Positions 8,014-17,735 are shown, counted from the first letter of the stretch. The stretch: DNA of 37,362 nt from a virus (IMGVR_UViG_3300037408_000071:1-37362), one strand, 5' to 3'. Translations and numbers: made by a program. The notes: generated from the letters alone by a model not told the origin.

Positions 8014-9258
8014 CTACGGACGCCAGGGCAGCGGGCCGCTGTAACCGGCCGCGCCCGTCTGTTGCGTAGCGCCCTGCGCGCCACGGAATCGCTGCGCGAC
8101 CGTGTCGGCGGCCTGCAGCGGCGGCATGCCTCCGCGCACCAGCGCCTCGACCTCGGCGAGCGCCCGCGTGTAGCCGGGGCGATCCTTGATCGTGTCGGGG
8201 TCGATCATGTTGCTGACCGGGTCGCGCTTCGCGCCGAACTCCGTCGCGATGACGTCGGCGGCCTGCTTGCTCGCCGTCATCTGTTCGCTCGGCGTGCCCG
8301 CGGGGCTCCGGGGATTGCTCGCGATCTGGCGGCCGCTGGTGCGGTCGTAGGCGACTTCGCCCTCGCCGAGCTTGAGTACGTCTTCCTTCGGGTTCTCGAA
8401 AAGGTCGCGATACAGCTGTTCGGCGGCCTCGATCGGGAACTGGAACGGCTGCCCGCTCGCCATGTTGACCGGCTGCCCGCCGGCGTCAACGCCGATCAGC
8501 ATGCCGTCCTTCACGACGAGATCGGCGAGCTTCACGCCGGGCTCGATGAGGTCGGACTCGTTGAAATACTGGATGCCGAGGCCCTTGGTGGCGTCGTTGC
8601 GCGCGAGGCCGTAGAGGTAGCCGAGCATCTGCTGCTGCTGCTGCGCCGCCTGATTGACCGTGTCGCGGGCCTTCATGACGAGCTCGCGCGGCAGTTGCTT
8701 GCCCTGGTACTCGAGCAGCTGACTCTGAATCGCCTGCACTTGCGGCAGGGTCTTGGTCTTGTAGTCCGTCTCCATCGAGCGGAACTGACCGTCGATCAGC
8801 TTGTTGTACTCGCTGCGGACGCGCGCGGCTTCCTCGGGACGGCCGAGATCCATCGCCTTGCGCTCCATGGCCTCGACCTGGGCCTGATACGAGAACGCAT
8901 GCCGGTCGAGCGGCTTTTCCTGTGCGGGGGCGGCTGATTCGGTTTCACGGGGAACAGCCGGGGCTATCGGCGCCGGCGGCGCAGCGATGCCCTTCTCGGC
9001 GGCGACCTTTGCCGGCGGCGGGCCGGGCTTGCGCGCGACGACGGACGGCGGCGCCTGCCTGACGACGTGCGGCGGCTTTTCTTCGGCCTTCGGCGGCATG
9101 GCCGGCGGCGGATCGCTCGGCGGGCCGGGCCGCTTGTGCGTCATCTGCTCGGCGTTCGGCGTGCCGGCCTTGATCGGACCCGACGACCGGCTGAGCGGCG
9201 GATTGAGGCCGCGCGCGGCGGCAAGCAGTTCTTCCTCGGTCAGCTGTCGAAGCGCCAT
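8014..9258 (-). CDS. Putative internal virion / DNA ejection protein (414 aa)
   Basis: Pro/Ala-rich N-terminus and helical Gln-rich core; lies between other ejection-type genes and the giant protein. Confidence 0.7.
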   Translation of the reverse strand: MALRQLTEEELLAAARGLNPPLSRSSGPIKAGTPNAEQMTHKRPGPPSDPPPAMPPKAEEKPPHVVRQAPPSVVARKPGPPPAKVAAEKGIAAPPAPIAPAVPRETESAAPAQEKPLDRHAFSYQAQVEAMERKAMDLGRPEEAARVRSEYNKLIDGQFRSMETDYKTKTLPQVQAIQSQLLEYQGKQLPRELVMKARDTVNQAAQQQQQMLGYLYGLARNDATKGLGIQYFNESDLIEPGVKLADLVVKDGMLIGVDAGGQPVNMASGQPFQFPIEAAEQLYRDLFENPKEDVLKLGEGEVAYDRTSGRQIASNPRSPAGTPSEQMTASKQAADVIATEFGAKRDPVSNMIDPDTIKDRPGYTRALAEVEALVRGGMPPLQAADTVAQRFRGAQGATQQTGAAGYSGPLPWRP

Positions 9259-9267
9259 GTCGAGCCC

Positions 9268-9738
9268 TCAGTACAGTTGCTCGTCGCCCGGCAGGTACGG
9301 GTTGCGAGCGCCCATGACGCCCATGTTTCGCGGGATCGCGCCGGGGAACTGCGTGTTGAACGTCGGTGCCTGCACGCCCATGACGGCGGCCGGCGAATAA
9401 GTCGGCTGCAGGGACGGCGCGTAGCCTCGCTGCCCGGCCGCTGCGGCCATCGGCGACGGCGCCGGAGCCTGGGCGGGCGGCGGTGCAGCAACCAGCCCGG
9501 CCGGTGCGGCAGCCGTCGGAGCAGGAGCGGCCGGAGCGGCAGCGGGCGCAGGCCCGGCCCCCGGCATGCGCTCGGCTCCCGCCGCAGCCATCTGGCTGAA
9601 CAGCTTGTTGTCCTCGCCAGCCTGCTTGCCGGCATCGCGCACCTTCTTGCGGTCGCGCGCGCCCTTGATGCGATCGCCCGCCTCGACGCCTCGATCCAGC
9701 CCCTCGGCCACGCCGAGCAGGAAATTCCCGAAGGTCAT
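9268..9738 (-). CDS. Putative internal virion protein (156 aa)
   Basis: ATGA overlap with the upstream gene; amphipathic N-terminus FGNFLLGVAEGLDRG; Ala/Pro-rich tail. Confidence 0.7.
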   Translation of the reverse strand: MTFGNFLLGVAEGLDRGVEAGDRIKGARDRKKVRDAGKQAGEDNKLFSQMAAAGAERMPGAGPAPAAAPAAPAPTAAAPAGLVAAPPPAQAPAPSPMAAAAGQRGYAPSLQPTYSPAAVMGVQAPTFNTQFPGAIPRNMGVMGARNPYLPGDEQLY

Positions 9739-10880
9739 GCCGCCACTCCTTTCTGCTGGACTTGTTTACGCAGCGACCGGAGCTCCTTCGAGAGTTCCTT
9801 GGTCGCCGCCATGTTGACGCCGATCGCGTCGATGACGTTGATCGTCTTGCCGTTGCCGACGCCGGTTTCGCGCGCGAAGTCCTGCGCGTAGGTGCCGATG
9901 TGTTCCTCGGCGTCCGAGTACGGCTGGCCGGGCTTGTATTTCCACTTTTCGACGCGCATGCCGTCGATCGCCTTGCGGGCCTTCTTGCCGCTCGCCGGGC
10001 GCTTGTCGGTCTTCACGTTCTCGTCGGACATCATCAGCGCCATGCCGCCCAGCTGGCCGAGGCCCGCGCCGAGCGCGCCCGCCGACTGCGCCTGCGTCTG
10101 GTAGGCGTTGAGCCGCTGACCGTAGAGGTCGGTCATGATGTTGGCCGCCGACGTGTTCACGCCGGCCGCATTGCCCATCAGGCCCGAGGATCCGGCCATA
10201 TTGCCGAGGTACTGCTGGCCGAGCGCGTTGCGCTGAGCCGATCCGGCGCCCGCGAGGCCCGAGGCCTGCCCGGCTGCGTTGCCCCCGACTTGGATGCCCG
10301 TGAGAGCGGTGCCGGTCATGCCGCGCCCCATGGCGGCCGCCGACGATCGCTTGGCGTCACCGAGCAGCCGCTCGCCCTCGCGCGCCTGAGTCTGCGCGCC
10401 TGCGCGGGCCGCCGCGCCCAGGATCGCCGCGGTGCGGTTGGCACCGACAAACTTCCCCGAGTTCGGGTTGACGCCCATCGAGGTCAGGCTGCGATCCATC
10501 GTGCCGCGCTGCATGTCCAGCTGGCGCTGTACGTCGATTCCGGCCTTGCCGGCGGCCTTTTCCTGCTCGGCGACCGAGCCAGCGGACATCGCATCGGCCG
10601 CGACGCGCTGCTCGAGCGGGCGATAGGTCGTGTTGTAGTCGTTCCACGACGATTTCGTGATGTCGTTGGCGAGGTTGGTCGCCGTGATCTGGCCCTGGGC
10701 GAGGGCGTCGAGCGTCGGCCGCAACCGCTCAAGCTCGGCCAGCGAGTCCTCGTACTGGCGCTCGGAGAACGCGAGGGAGTCGCGCCCGATACCGAGCATT
10801 TCCCGTGCCGTCGCCGCGTTCTGCAGCGCGGCCTGGCCGATCATCGGGTCCGGCTTCGGGGTTTTCGGGGTACTCGCCAT
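9735..10880 (-). CDS. Ejection/pilot-type virion protein with C-terminal intramolecular chaperone (peptidase S74-like) domain (381 aa)
   Basis: Ala/Gly/Gln-rich helical body, then SDENVKTD...WKYK...HIGTYAQDF and a terminal coiled coil. Confidence 0.8.
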   Translation of the reverse strand: MASTPKTPKPDPMIGQAALQNAATAREMLGIGRDSLAFSERQYEDSLAELERLRPTLDALAQGQITATNLANDITKSSWNDYNTTYRPLEQRVAADAMSAGSVAEQEKAAGKAGIDVQRQLDMQRGTMDRSLTSMGVNPNSGKFVGANRTAAILGAAARAGAQTQAREGERLLGDAKRSSAAAMGRGMTGTALTGIQVGGNAAGQASGLAGAGSAQRNALGQQYLGNMAGSSGLMGNAAGVNTSAANIMTDLYGQRLNAYQTQAQSAGALGAGLGQLGGMALMMSDENVKTDKRPASGKKARKAIDGMRVEKWKYKPGQPYSDAEEHIGTYAQDFARETGVGNGKTINVIDAIGVNMAATKELSKELRSLRKQVQQKGVAA

Positions 10881-10883
10881 GGC

Positions 10884-11327
10884 TCAAGCCCTCTCAGCAG
10901 CGCGGAACACCTGAGCGGCCGGCTCGGTGTCGCGCCACATGACGTAGATCAGCATGTCGGCCGCCTTGGTTGCCCTGGCAAGCCGGGCCTCAAACTGCGC
11001 CCCCCATTTCTCGACAAATCGCAGGGCGCGCTCGTTGCTGGCCGCGACCAGCAGCGACACGCGCTCCAATCCGAGCTGATCGAAGACGTAGGCGTAGCAG
11101 GCCGCCAGCAGTTCGACCGGGAACCCACCCGACCGCAGGTTCACGCAATGCGCGAACACGTTGTTGTCGGTCAGGTTGTCGAACACTACGCCTGCCACCA
11201 ATTCGCCCTCGATCTCGCAGCCGATCGCCGTCTTCACGATCGACGGCCACGGCAGTCCCATCTGTTCATCGACCCACGCGCACACGCGGGCGTCGTCGTC
11301 ATAAACCAGCCGCATGACGCTCGGCAT
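10884..11327 (-). CDS. Phage GNAT-fold acetyltransferase-like protein
   Basis: YVFDQLGLERVSLLVAASNERALRFVEKWGAQFEARL is a RimJ/L-type GNAT motif; usual position before ejection genes. Start is ATG 11327 or 11315. Confidence 0.8.
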   Translation of the reverse strand: MPSVMRLVYDDDARVCAWVDEQMGLPWPSIVKTAIGCEIEGELVAGVVFDNLTDNNVFAHCVNLRSGGFPVELLAACYAYVFDQLGLERVSLLVAASNERALRFVEKWGAQFEARLARATKAADMLIYVMWRDTEPAAQVFRAAERA

Positions 11328-11511
11328 GTTCCTCGGCCCGCTTCTGCAGCACATGCATGACCGCGTGCTCCTCGGCTTCCTGTAGCGCCTGAACGAGGGC
11401 GGCATGCGCGCCGGCTACCTGTTCAAGGGGCTGCTTGCCGAGCGCCGCGATCGCCGTCAGCACGACGGAGCGCGGCAGGACGAGCATGAACGACGGGTCA
11501 GGGCCGAGCAT
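11299..11511 (-). CDS. Hypothetical protein (70 aa)
   Basis: AGGAGG RBS; first gene after promoter-motif copy D. Confidence 0.7.
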   Translation of the reverse strand: MLGPDPSFMLVLPRSVVLTAIAALGKQPLEQVAGAHAALVQALQEAEEHAVMHVLQKRAEEHAERHAAGL

Positions 11512-11531
11512 AGGCGAGCCTCCTGCGCGGG

Positions 11532-11561
11532 ATGGTCGCGCATCGCCGGGCGGTTGGAGCC
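11532..11561 (-). promoter_or_regulatory. Putative phage late promoter, copy D (box lies within a 9-bp inverted repeat, 11545-11568)
   Basis: GGCTCCAACCG-N13-GACCAT; GCCGGGCGG/CCGCCCGGC inverted repeat around CTCCAA. Confidence 0.6.
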
Positions 11562-11579
11562 GCCCGGCTGGCGCCTCGA

Positions 11580-11729
11580 TCAGGGTTCCTCGTAGTCCTT
11601 CGGGTTCGGCGACACGCCGCCGCCGCTGCCGCCGCCCTTGACGACCTTGCTGCCGGGTTTGCCGCGCATTTTGCTGACGACGAAGGCGATGCCTGCGGCG
11701 ACAACCAGAAAGACGATGACGTATTCCAT
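11580..11729 (-). CDS. Small single-pass membrane protein (49 aa; not in ORF track)
   Basis: TAAGGAG RBS; MEYVIVFLVVAAGIAFVVSKMRGKPGSKVVKGGGSGGVSPNPKDYEEP-stop. Confidence 0.75.
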   Translation of the reverse strand: MEYVIVFLVVAAGIAFVVSKMRGKPGSKVVKGGGSGGGVSPNPKDYEEP

Positions 11730-11739
11730 GCTGCTCTCC

Positions 11740-12243
11740 TTACGTTTCGGTGTTTGCCGTCAGCGTGACGGTGGTGGTCGAAAGGACGGTGTTCGGGGCT
11801 GCGGCCATGCGGATCTCGAGCGTGCCGACGACGGACTGCGTCGAGACGCCGTTGGTGGTGTTCAGCTTTTGCCAGGTGCGCGACGTGCCGAGGTTGAGCC
11901 AGGAGCCCGCGGTACCACCCGACAGGGTTCCCGATGTCGTCGTCCAGCGAGCCTCGTACTCCGACGAGGCGCCGGCCCCGCGCCAGGTTCCGCTGCTGCC
12001 GGTTTCCGATGCGGAATACGTCCCCGCGCTCGACAGCGTGAGTTGAGCGAGAGAGTCCGTCGGGCTGATTGATGTCGTCTCGGCAAAAGCCGTCGAAGGC
12101 ATCAGCGACGACAGCAGGAAGGTCAGTTGCTTCCATGTGCCGGCGACGTTCTGGTGCCAAGCGATCTTTTTCCATGTGCCGGCGACGTTCTGCCACCAGA
12201 CCAAGGATTTCCAAGTGCCGCTGACGTTTTGATGCCAAGGCAT
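11740..12243 (-). CDS. Putative tail-fibre-associated / tip protein (167 aa)
   Basis: Three N-terminal W.QNV.GTWK repeats, then a Thr/Ser/Gly-rich beta-type domain; ATG directly follows the HNH stop. Confidence 0.75.
   Translation of the reverse strand: MPWHQNVSGTWKSLVWWQNVAGTWKKIAWHQNVAGTWKQLTFLLSSLMPSTAFAETTSISPTDSLAQLTLSSAGTYSASETGSSGTWRGAGASSEYEARWTTTSGTLSGGTAGSWLNLGTSRTWQKLNTTNGVSTQSVVGTLEIRMAAAPNTVLSTTTVTLTANTET
12130..12237 (-). repeat. Three tandem ~39-bp coding repeats
   Basis: WHQNVSGTWK / WWQNVAGTWK / WHQNVAGTWK with a 13-codon period. Confidence 0.85.
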
Positions 12244-12786
12244 TTAAATCTTCGCTCGTCGTAGACCGCCACCAAGCCGCCGATTGAGCGACGCCGGCAG
12301 GATGCGCAGGTTTGATGGGTGATGAAGGCCGCCGTGCGCCAGCGGAACAATATGATCTACGTCATGCGGAACGCCCGTTGCATCGGTTAGCCGCCTCGCC
12401 TCTATGTAAATAGCCCGAATCTCGACCCGAAGCTCTCTACCAAGCATCGCCGCCTGACCGCGCGTTCTTAGCTGACGCAATCTTGTATGGTGGAGAGAAA
12501 TTGCTCTGGCGCGTTGAGTCTTTCTGGATCGCCGCCTCAGTTCTTTCCCGCGCGGCGATGAGTCGTAGGCAGCGCGAGCGGCGCGGGCCTTCTCGCTGGC
12601 GTTGTACTCCCGCATGTACTCCCGTAGAGAATCTGCCCGCTCCTGAGTTCTGAGGGCGCGCTTTTTCCCTACACAGGCCTTGCAATAAATACGATGCCCG
12701 TCAGGCTCATACTTGTCGCGACCAAACTCGTTCATGGTCTTTTCTACTCGGCAGCAGGAGCAGCGTTTGCTATGAATACTGGGCAT
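12244..12786 (-). mobile_element. Free-standing HNH endonuclease with N-terminal Cys-rich zinc motif
   Basis: KRCSCC...YCKAC and HDVDHIVPLAHGGLHHPSNLRILPASLN; lower GC; start (ATG 12786 or 12798) overlaps the end of the tail fibre gene. Confidence 0.88.
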
Positions 12787-13579
12787 AGAAATCGCCATCG
12801 TTCCCGCCGGTTGGCGGGGCCGTGCCGCGCGTGATGTTTGGCGCACCGTTGCTCGAGGTCACGACGTTCAGACTGCCGCGCGACAGGCTGCCGGTGATGT
12901 TGCCGCCGCTGAGCGGCAGGTAGCTGTGCGTGTGGCTGGTGACTGAGTAGTTGGCCGGGTTGAAGTTTCCGCTATGCCAGACACCGCTGCCGCTGACGGT
13001 CAGGCTGGTGAAAGCGCCAGACGTCCCGGCCAGGGCGCCAGTCAGGGTGCCGCCGGTCAGCGGCAGGAAGCTGTGCGAATGGCCAGCGGTCGCGTACTTG
13101 GCCGACAGCGCCGTGCCGGCCTCGTAGAAGTTCGTCGCGTACACGCCCGCATAGCGCAGGCCATCGCTGCCGATGTTCGATGCGTTGTTGACCGTCGGCA
13201 GGACGCTCAAGGTGTTCAGCTGGCCCGCCATCGTGCCGCCAGCCAGCGGCAGGTAGTTCGCAGGCGTCAGGTTGCCGGCGTGCCAGACGGCGTTTCCGCC
13301 GACCGTCAGGCTAGAAAATGCGCCGGCGGCGCCGGTCAGCGTACCCGTCAGCGTGCCGCCAGCCAGCGGCAGGAAGCCGAGCGAGAGCACGCCCCAGGCC
13401 GAGCCGTTCCACTTTTCGAAGCGGCTGTTGGCCGCCGAATAGCGGATCGCGTCGGTCGGCGTGCCGGTGAGGGTTTCGCCGTCGAACAGCTTGGCCTGGG
13501 CGGCCATGTAGTCGCGGATATAGGCGAGGACGTCCGCGCGAAGATCCGAAGTGACTGGCTTGGTGAAATTGGCGCTCAT
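12770..13579 (-). CDS. Tail fibre protein (269 aa)
   Basis: Four LPL.GG...G repeats, a duplicated VWH.GN..PANY block, HSH/HTH motifs, C-terminal PTGGNDGDFY motif. Confidence 0.8.
   Translation of the reverse strand: MSANFTKPVTSDLRADVLAYIRDYMAAQAKLFDGETLTGTPTDAIRYSAANSRFEKWNGSAWGVLSLGFLPLAGGTLTGTLTGAAGAFSSLTVGGNAVWHAGNLTPANYLPLAGGTMAGQLNTLSVLPTVNNASNIGSDGLRYAGVYATNFYEAGTALSAKYATAGHSHSFLPLTGGTLTGALAGTSGAFTSLTVSGSGVWHSGNFNPANYSVTSHTHSYLPLSGGNITGSLSRGSLNVVTSSNGAPNITRGTAPPTGGNDGDFYAQYS
12947..13375 (-). repeat. Internal 41-codon duplication in the tail fibre (13253-13375 and 12947-13069)
   Basis: FLPLAGGTLTGTLTGAAGAFSSLTVGGNAVWHAGNLTPANY vs FLPLTGGTLTGALAGTSGAFTSLTVSGSGVWHSGNFNPANY. Confidence 0.85.
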
Positions 13580-13582
13580 GAG

Positions 13583-14041
13583 CTACTCCTTAGCCCGCGC
13601 GCGCCAATATGCTGCGCTGGCTTCATCGACCGTCGAATACAAACCAAGATGCCGGCCAAACCGCGCAGCTCGGAACTTGCCAGTCCTTCGGTGAAGCGAA
13701 ACTCCGAGTGCCCCACTTGTGTTCGCCCTGCCGAGTCTTCGCTTATTCGCGAGGTTCTGCTGCTGAGTCACGCTGCGTAGGTTACCCAATCGGTTATTTG
13801 TTCTATCGCCGTCGATGTGGTCGATTTGATTTGGCTCGGTGCCGTAGATCATCAGCCAAATGGCTCGATGCAGCAAAAACCTCGTTCCACGAACGCTGCC
13901 GATGATGTAGCCATGATTGCCGATTGTTGAAAGCGGCTGTCCGGCGCGCGGCTTAGCTGGTCCGCGTGAAATGCGGCGGAACACAAGCCCGGTGTCGGGC
14001 TCATAGCGAAACTCAGCGAGCAGCGTTTTTCTATCGACCAT
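13583..14041 (-). mobile_element. Free-standing HNH endonuclease (HNH_3 type with short AP2-like tail)
   Basis: HRAIWLMIYG...IDHIDGDRTNNRLGNLR...NTSGALGV...HLGLYSTVDEASAAY; TGATG overlap with the upstream gene. Confidence 0.9.
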
Positions 14042-16107
14042 CACACACCCCTTGCGGTCCAGCTAAACGAGCAGCTGACGCGCGTACCCGACAGGTTGAA
14101 GCAAAGCACCTTGAACTCGGTCGGGTAGGGCGCGTCGGTAAAGTCCACGACCGCGATTATTGGCGTGGTCCCGACTGGTTGGATCATCGGCGGGCCGAAC
14201 AGATCCACGAAATCGTAGTTGAGGGCGACGGTCGTTCCGCCCGAGTCGGCCGAGTTCGCGTAGCCCTGGCCGGAGTCGGTTCGCTGCTTGACCGATACCT
14301 GCACATTGATGTTCGTGCAGCGGTACAGGCCGACGCCGCTGCCGCTGGTTGTCGCCGTCACGCGCACCTTGAGGTAGCGGAAGCTCGCGGCAATGAACCC
14401 GCTCGGGCCGGCGGCGATGTCGGTCCAGCTGTCGCCGATGTTCAGCTTGTGGCTGATCTGCACCTGATTGGTCGGCGTACCCGCGACGACGGCCAGCGTC
14501 GGCGTCACCGTGACGGTCGTGGACGGGATCGCGGCGCCGAGGTCGATTTCCTTCTCGATGTAGCCGGTGGTCGGTGCGGGCTGCGCATAGATCGGAAACC
14601 CGGCGGCGATCGCGTCGTCGTCGTTCGTCCAGCTGCGCGTCGAGTAGTGCGCGTCGTAGGTTTCCGTGGTGTTGATCGGCAGCACGACGCCCGTGCCGTC
14701 GTAGCTCGCGCTCGACAGGGTTGCCGTCGAAAGGTCGATGTTCTGGTCGCTGTAGAGGACGAAGTCGGGCGGTTGCTGCACGCTGACCGTGACCGGGGCG
14801 GCCGTGCCGTAATTGCCCGCCGTGTCGCGGCCCCGCACCCAGTAGGTGTAGCTGCCCGAGGCCATTTCAAAGACCGACGTGAACAGGCCTGACTTCTCGC
14901 CGACGGATACCGCGCTGCCGAAGTCCGCGCCTTTGCGGATGTCGTAGGTGGCGATCGGCAGGGTGCCGGTGGCGGGCTCCTGCCAGTACAGCAGCACGTT
15001 GTTGTCGATGACGTCGGCGCGCAGCCCTTGCACGGAGCCCGGCGCGGTGATCGTGACATCGACGGCGATCGGCGTGCCGTAGTTGCCGGCAACGTCGCGG
15101 CCCGCCACCCAAAAGCGCCGCACGCCGCCCCAGTCCACGCGCATCAGCAGCGCCGTTGCGAAGGTGCGGTTGACGAGCGTGCCGCCGGCCCAGGTGTCGC
15201 CGTAGCGGACCTCGTAGTATTCGATGAGGAACGAGCCCGCGACCGCGCTCCACGCGAGCAGGATCGAGTCGCCGCTGAGCGTGAAGCTGAGCGTCGCCGT
15301 CGTCGGGTTCACGATGATGACGTCGATCGAGCTCGCCGAGCCCGAGTAGAAACCGCTGATGTCGCGCGCCCGCACCCATATCCGGTACGTCCCGGTGGAC
15401 TGCACGCGCCACAGGTAGAAGGTGCTTTTGGTTTCGGCGAGCAGGGCGCCCGTCTCCCAGGAAGCACCGTAGCGGACCTCGTACACGTCGAGGTCGGGCG
15501 CTGTCACCGCGTTCCAGAAGACGCGCACGCCGGCTTCCTCGAGGACGTAGTTGAGCCCGGTGACGTCGCCTGGCTGGCTCTCCGAGCTCGTCCCGCTGAT
15601 CGCGTTGAACGCGCCCGTGATCCCGGCCCGGCTGACGAAGCGGATCCAGTAGAAGACTGCGCCTGTCAGGTAGCCGTCTTCCCATAGGGTGATGCTGCCG
15701 ACGACGGCGCCCACTAGCCGCGCCTCGGTCAGGTTGTCGGTGCTCGAGCGCCAGATTTCCGTCGCGTAGTGGTTCGCGTACTCCGGCGCGGTCCACGTCA
15801 GCCGCATGTTGTACGGCAGCCGCGTGACCACGAAACCAATCGGCGCCGGCGGCGGGATCTTGGAGTACGCGCCCTCGTCGGTGCCGGGCAGCACGAACTG
15901 ATCGCGCCCGGCCGGCGCGAGGATCGCGAACCCCTGGTCAATCAGCGCGCGGTAGGTGACGGCGGAATCGAGCTTGGCCTCGTCGGTCAGCGCCCGCTCG
16001 CCGGTCATCAGGCCCAACGCTTCCTGCACCGAGCGGGCCCATCGCGTCAGCCCGTTGCTCGATGTGTCAGTCAGATCGGGCAGCGTGGAGCGGCGAGTCT
16101 TTGCCAT
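14041..16107 (-). CDS. Tail protein with tandem FN3/Ig-like repeats (host-specificity type, ~688 aa)
   Basis: Repeated units W....YEVR.G..W...YWVR.RD.AGNY; TGATG overlap with the nozzle gene. Confidence 0.8.
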   Translation of the reverse strand: MAKTRRSTLPDLTDTSSNGLTRWARSVQEALGLMTGERALTDEAKLDSAVTYRALIDQGFAILAPAGRDQFVLPGTDEGAYSKIPPPAPIGFVVTRLPYNMRLTWTAPEYANHYATEIWRSSTDNLTEARLVGAVVGSITLWEDGYLTGAVFYWIRFVSRAGITGAFNAISGTSSESQPGDVTGLNYVLEEAGVRVFWNAVTAPDLDVYEVRYGASWETGALLAETKSTFYLWRVQSTGTYRIWVRARDISGFYSGSASSIDVIIVNPTTATLSFTLSGDSILLAWSAVAGSFLIEYYEVRYGDTWAGGTLVNRTFATALLMRVDWGGVRRFWVAGRDVAGNYGTPIAVDVTITAPGSVQGLRADVIDNNVLLYWQEPATGTLPIATYDIRKGADFGSAVSVGEKSGLFTSVFEMASGSYTYWVRGRDTAGNYGTAAPVTVSVQQPPDFVLYSDQNIDLSTATLSSASYDGTGVVLPINTTETYDAHYSTRSWTNDDDAIAAGFPIYAQPAPTTGYIEKEIDLGAAIPSTTVTVTPTLAVVAGTPTNQVQISHKLNIGDSWTDIAAGPSGFIAASFRYLKVRVTATTSGSGVGLYRCTNINVQVSVKQRTDSGQGYANSADSGGTTVALNYDFVDLFGPPMIQPVGTTPIIAVVDFTDAPYPTEFKVLCFNLSGTRVSCSFSWTARGV

Positions 16108-17735
16108 CACTCGGCCCGCAGTTCGTCAATGCCCTGCGCCAGATAGGCGGCCGTGACCTTATTCGTGCCGATGAGCTCGATCTCCCAGTCCTTCGCGAGG
16201 AACCCTGACGGCAGGCGGAACGGGGCGTTGCTCGCCACGATCTGCGTGTGCCGGAGCGAGCCGTCGGCGTAGACCCTCGCCGTGACCGGGTAGGTGGCGG
16301 CGAACACCTGGCCCCACCCGAACGTGACGGGGTGCGGTGTCTCATGGACCCGCGATCGCCATGTGTAGGTGTACGGGCTGCCGCCCTCGTCCCATTGCCG
16401 CACGGTGCCGCTGATGTTCAGGTACAGCGAGTCGCGGACCATGTCGGTGTAACCGGCCGTCGCATATGCCGTGAGCATCGAGAACGGCTGGTTGCCATCG
16501 GCCGGGTCGAACTGGAAGCCGCCGGGCGTGCCGTTGTCGTAGAAGCCGATGTAGCGGCCGTCGTACTGATAGGCCTCGATCGACGCTGGGTTGAGGCTCG
16601 TCCAAAACTCTTTGTCGATGATCCCTGCGGTGAGCAGCTGGCCGCCCGAGGGGCCGATGAACGCCAGCCCGTTCGGGCTCGAGTACATAACGCCGCCGTT
16701 CATGTTGACGATGCTGCGCTTGGATGTCCCGGCCTCGGGGAAATCGGAGTAGCGCACGACGACCGAGTTCGGGTCGCTGCCGAACATGATGACGGGGCGG
16801 CCGCGCGTGACGACGACGAGCGTTTCGGCGAAGGTACCAAGGCCGACGACCGGCGAATCGACCGCCTGCACATACTTCGACGGCCAGGCGAACCCGCGGT
16901 AGGGCTCGCAGAAATAGACGTCGTTCCCCAGGAATCCCGCCATCATGCCGTTCGGCAGGTTGGTGAGGCCCTTGAGCCCGGCCGGCGGCATGTCCCAGTC
17001 GAGACTCGGGATGACCTCGGCAAGATCCTGGGCGAGCTTGCTGTCGGCGTAGCTGGTCGTGGCGTCGCTGATCTGCGCGACGAACTGATAGTCGATCGGT
17101 GTCGCCGCGGTGCTGACCGTGCGATAGATGCGCTTCGACGTGATGTTGTAGTCGCCCGCCGGTGCCACCAGCAGGTTATTCAACGTCACGGTCTGGCCTT
17201 CCTGGGCATTGACCGACAGCGGCAGGGATGGCGCGCTTTCCTCGCCGTCGCCGGTGACGTAGGTGTAGACGTAGCTGCGCGTTTCGATGCTGCCGCTGCC
17301 AACACCGGTGACGCCGTTATTGGTCGGCGCGCTCGCCGGCGCCGGGACGCCAAGGCGATACGAGGCCATCGGGTACGTTGTGCCGCCAGCCAGGGCGATC
17401 GAGGCCTTGGTGACGCGCGGGTGCCCGTAGGCCGAATCGCCCGCAAAGTAGGTTCGCTCGTCGGTGTCGCCGGCAATCTGGCCGCGCGCCACGTCCACGT
17501 CATCCGTCCAATGGAACCAGTACAGCGACTCGTCGCTGATGGTCTGGCCGAATCGGTAGATCGTGCGGATCGTGCCGGGCTTGGTCAGCGCCCACACCGC
17601 CGAGGTTCCGCGCAGGGCGCGCAGCGTGCCGTTGCGAAGGTCGCAGTTCTCCGCGATCTGCGCGTTCGTCTCGCCGAGCCGCTTCGGGTCGAGGCGTGGC
17701 GCGATTCCCGAGAAGATGCGGTGAACGATCCGCAT
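16107..17735 (-). CDS. Putative podoviral tail nozzle / tubular protein (~542 aa)
   Basis: TAATG-coupled start MRIVHRIFSGIAPR; RSYVYTYVT..GEESAPS and FCEPY..FAWP..Y motifs; beta-rich; follows the adaptor genes. Confidence 0.75.
   Translation of the reverse strand: MRIVHRIFSGIAPRLDPKRLGETNAQIAENCDLRNGTLRALRGTSAVWALTKPGTIRTIYRFGQTISDESLYWFHWTDDVDVARGQIAGDTDERTYFAGDSAYGHPRVTKASIALAGGTTYPMASYRLGVPAPASAPTNNGVTGVGSGSIETRSYVYTYVTGDGEESAPSLPLSVNAQEGQTVTLNNLLVAPAGDYNITSKRIYRTVSTAATPIDYQFVAQISDATTSYADSKLAQDLAEVIPSLDWDMPPAGLKGLTNLPNGMMAGFLGNDVYFCEPYRGFAWPSKYVQAVDSPVVGLGTFAETLVVVTRGRPVIMFGSDPNSVVVRYSDFPEAGTSKRSIVNMNGGVMYSSPNGLAFIGPSGGQLLTAGIIDKEFWTSLNPASIEAYQYDGRYIGFYDNGTPGGFQFDPADGNQPFSMLTAYATAGYTDMVRDSLYLNISGTVRQWDEGGSPYTYTWRSRVHETPHPVTFGWGQVFAATYPVTARVYADGSLRHTQIVASNAPFRLPSGFLAKDWEIELIGTNKVTAAYLAQGIDELRAE

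Noticed and set aside
77-8937. Long plus-strand ORFs (77-1168, 1226-3244, 4556-5455, 5879-8044, 7978-8937)
   Set aside because: Antisense shadows of GC-rich minus-strand genes; no recognisable motifs.
11545-11568. 9-bp inverted repeat as an intrinsic terminator
   Set aside because: No U-tract on either strand; it coincides with the promoter-motif box instead.
12130-13375. Tail-gene repeats as a CRISPR array or DGR template/variable pair
   Set aside because: They are in-frame coding repeats without unique spacers, differences are not adenine-specific, and no reverse transcriptase or cas gene is in the window.
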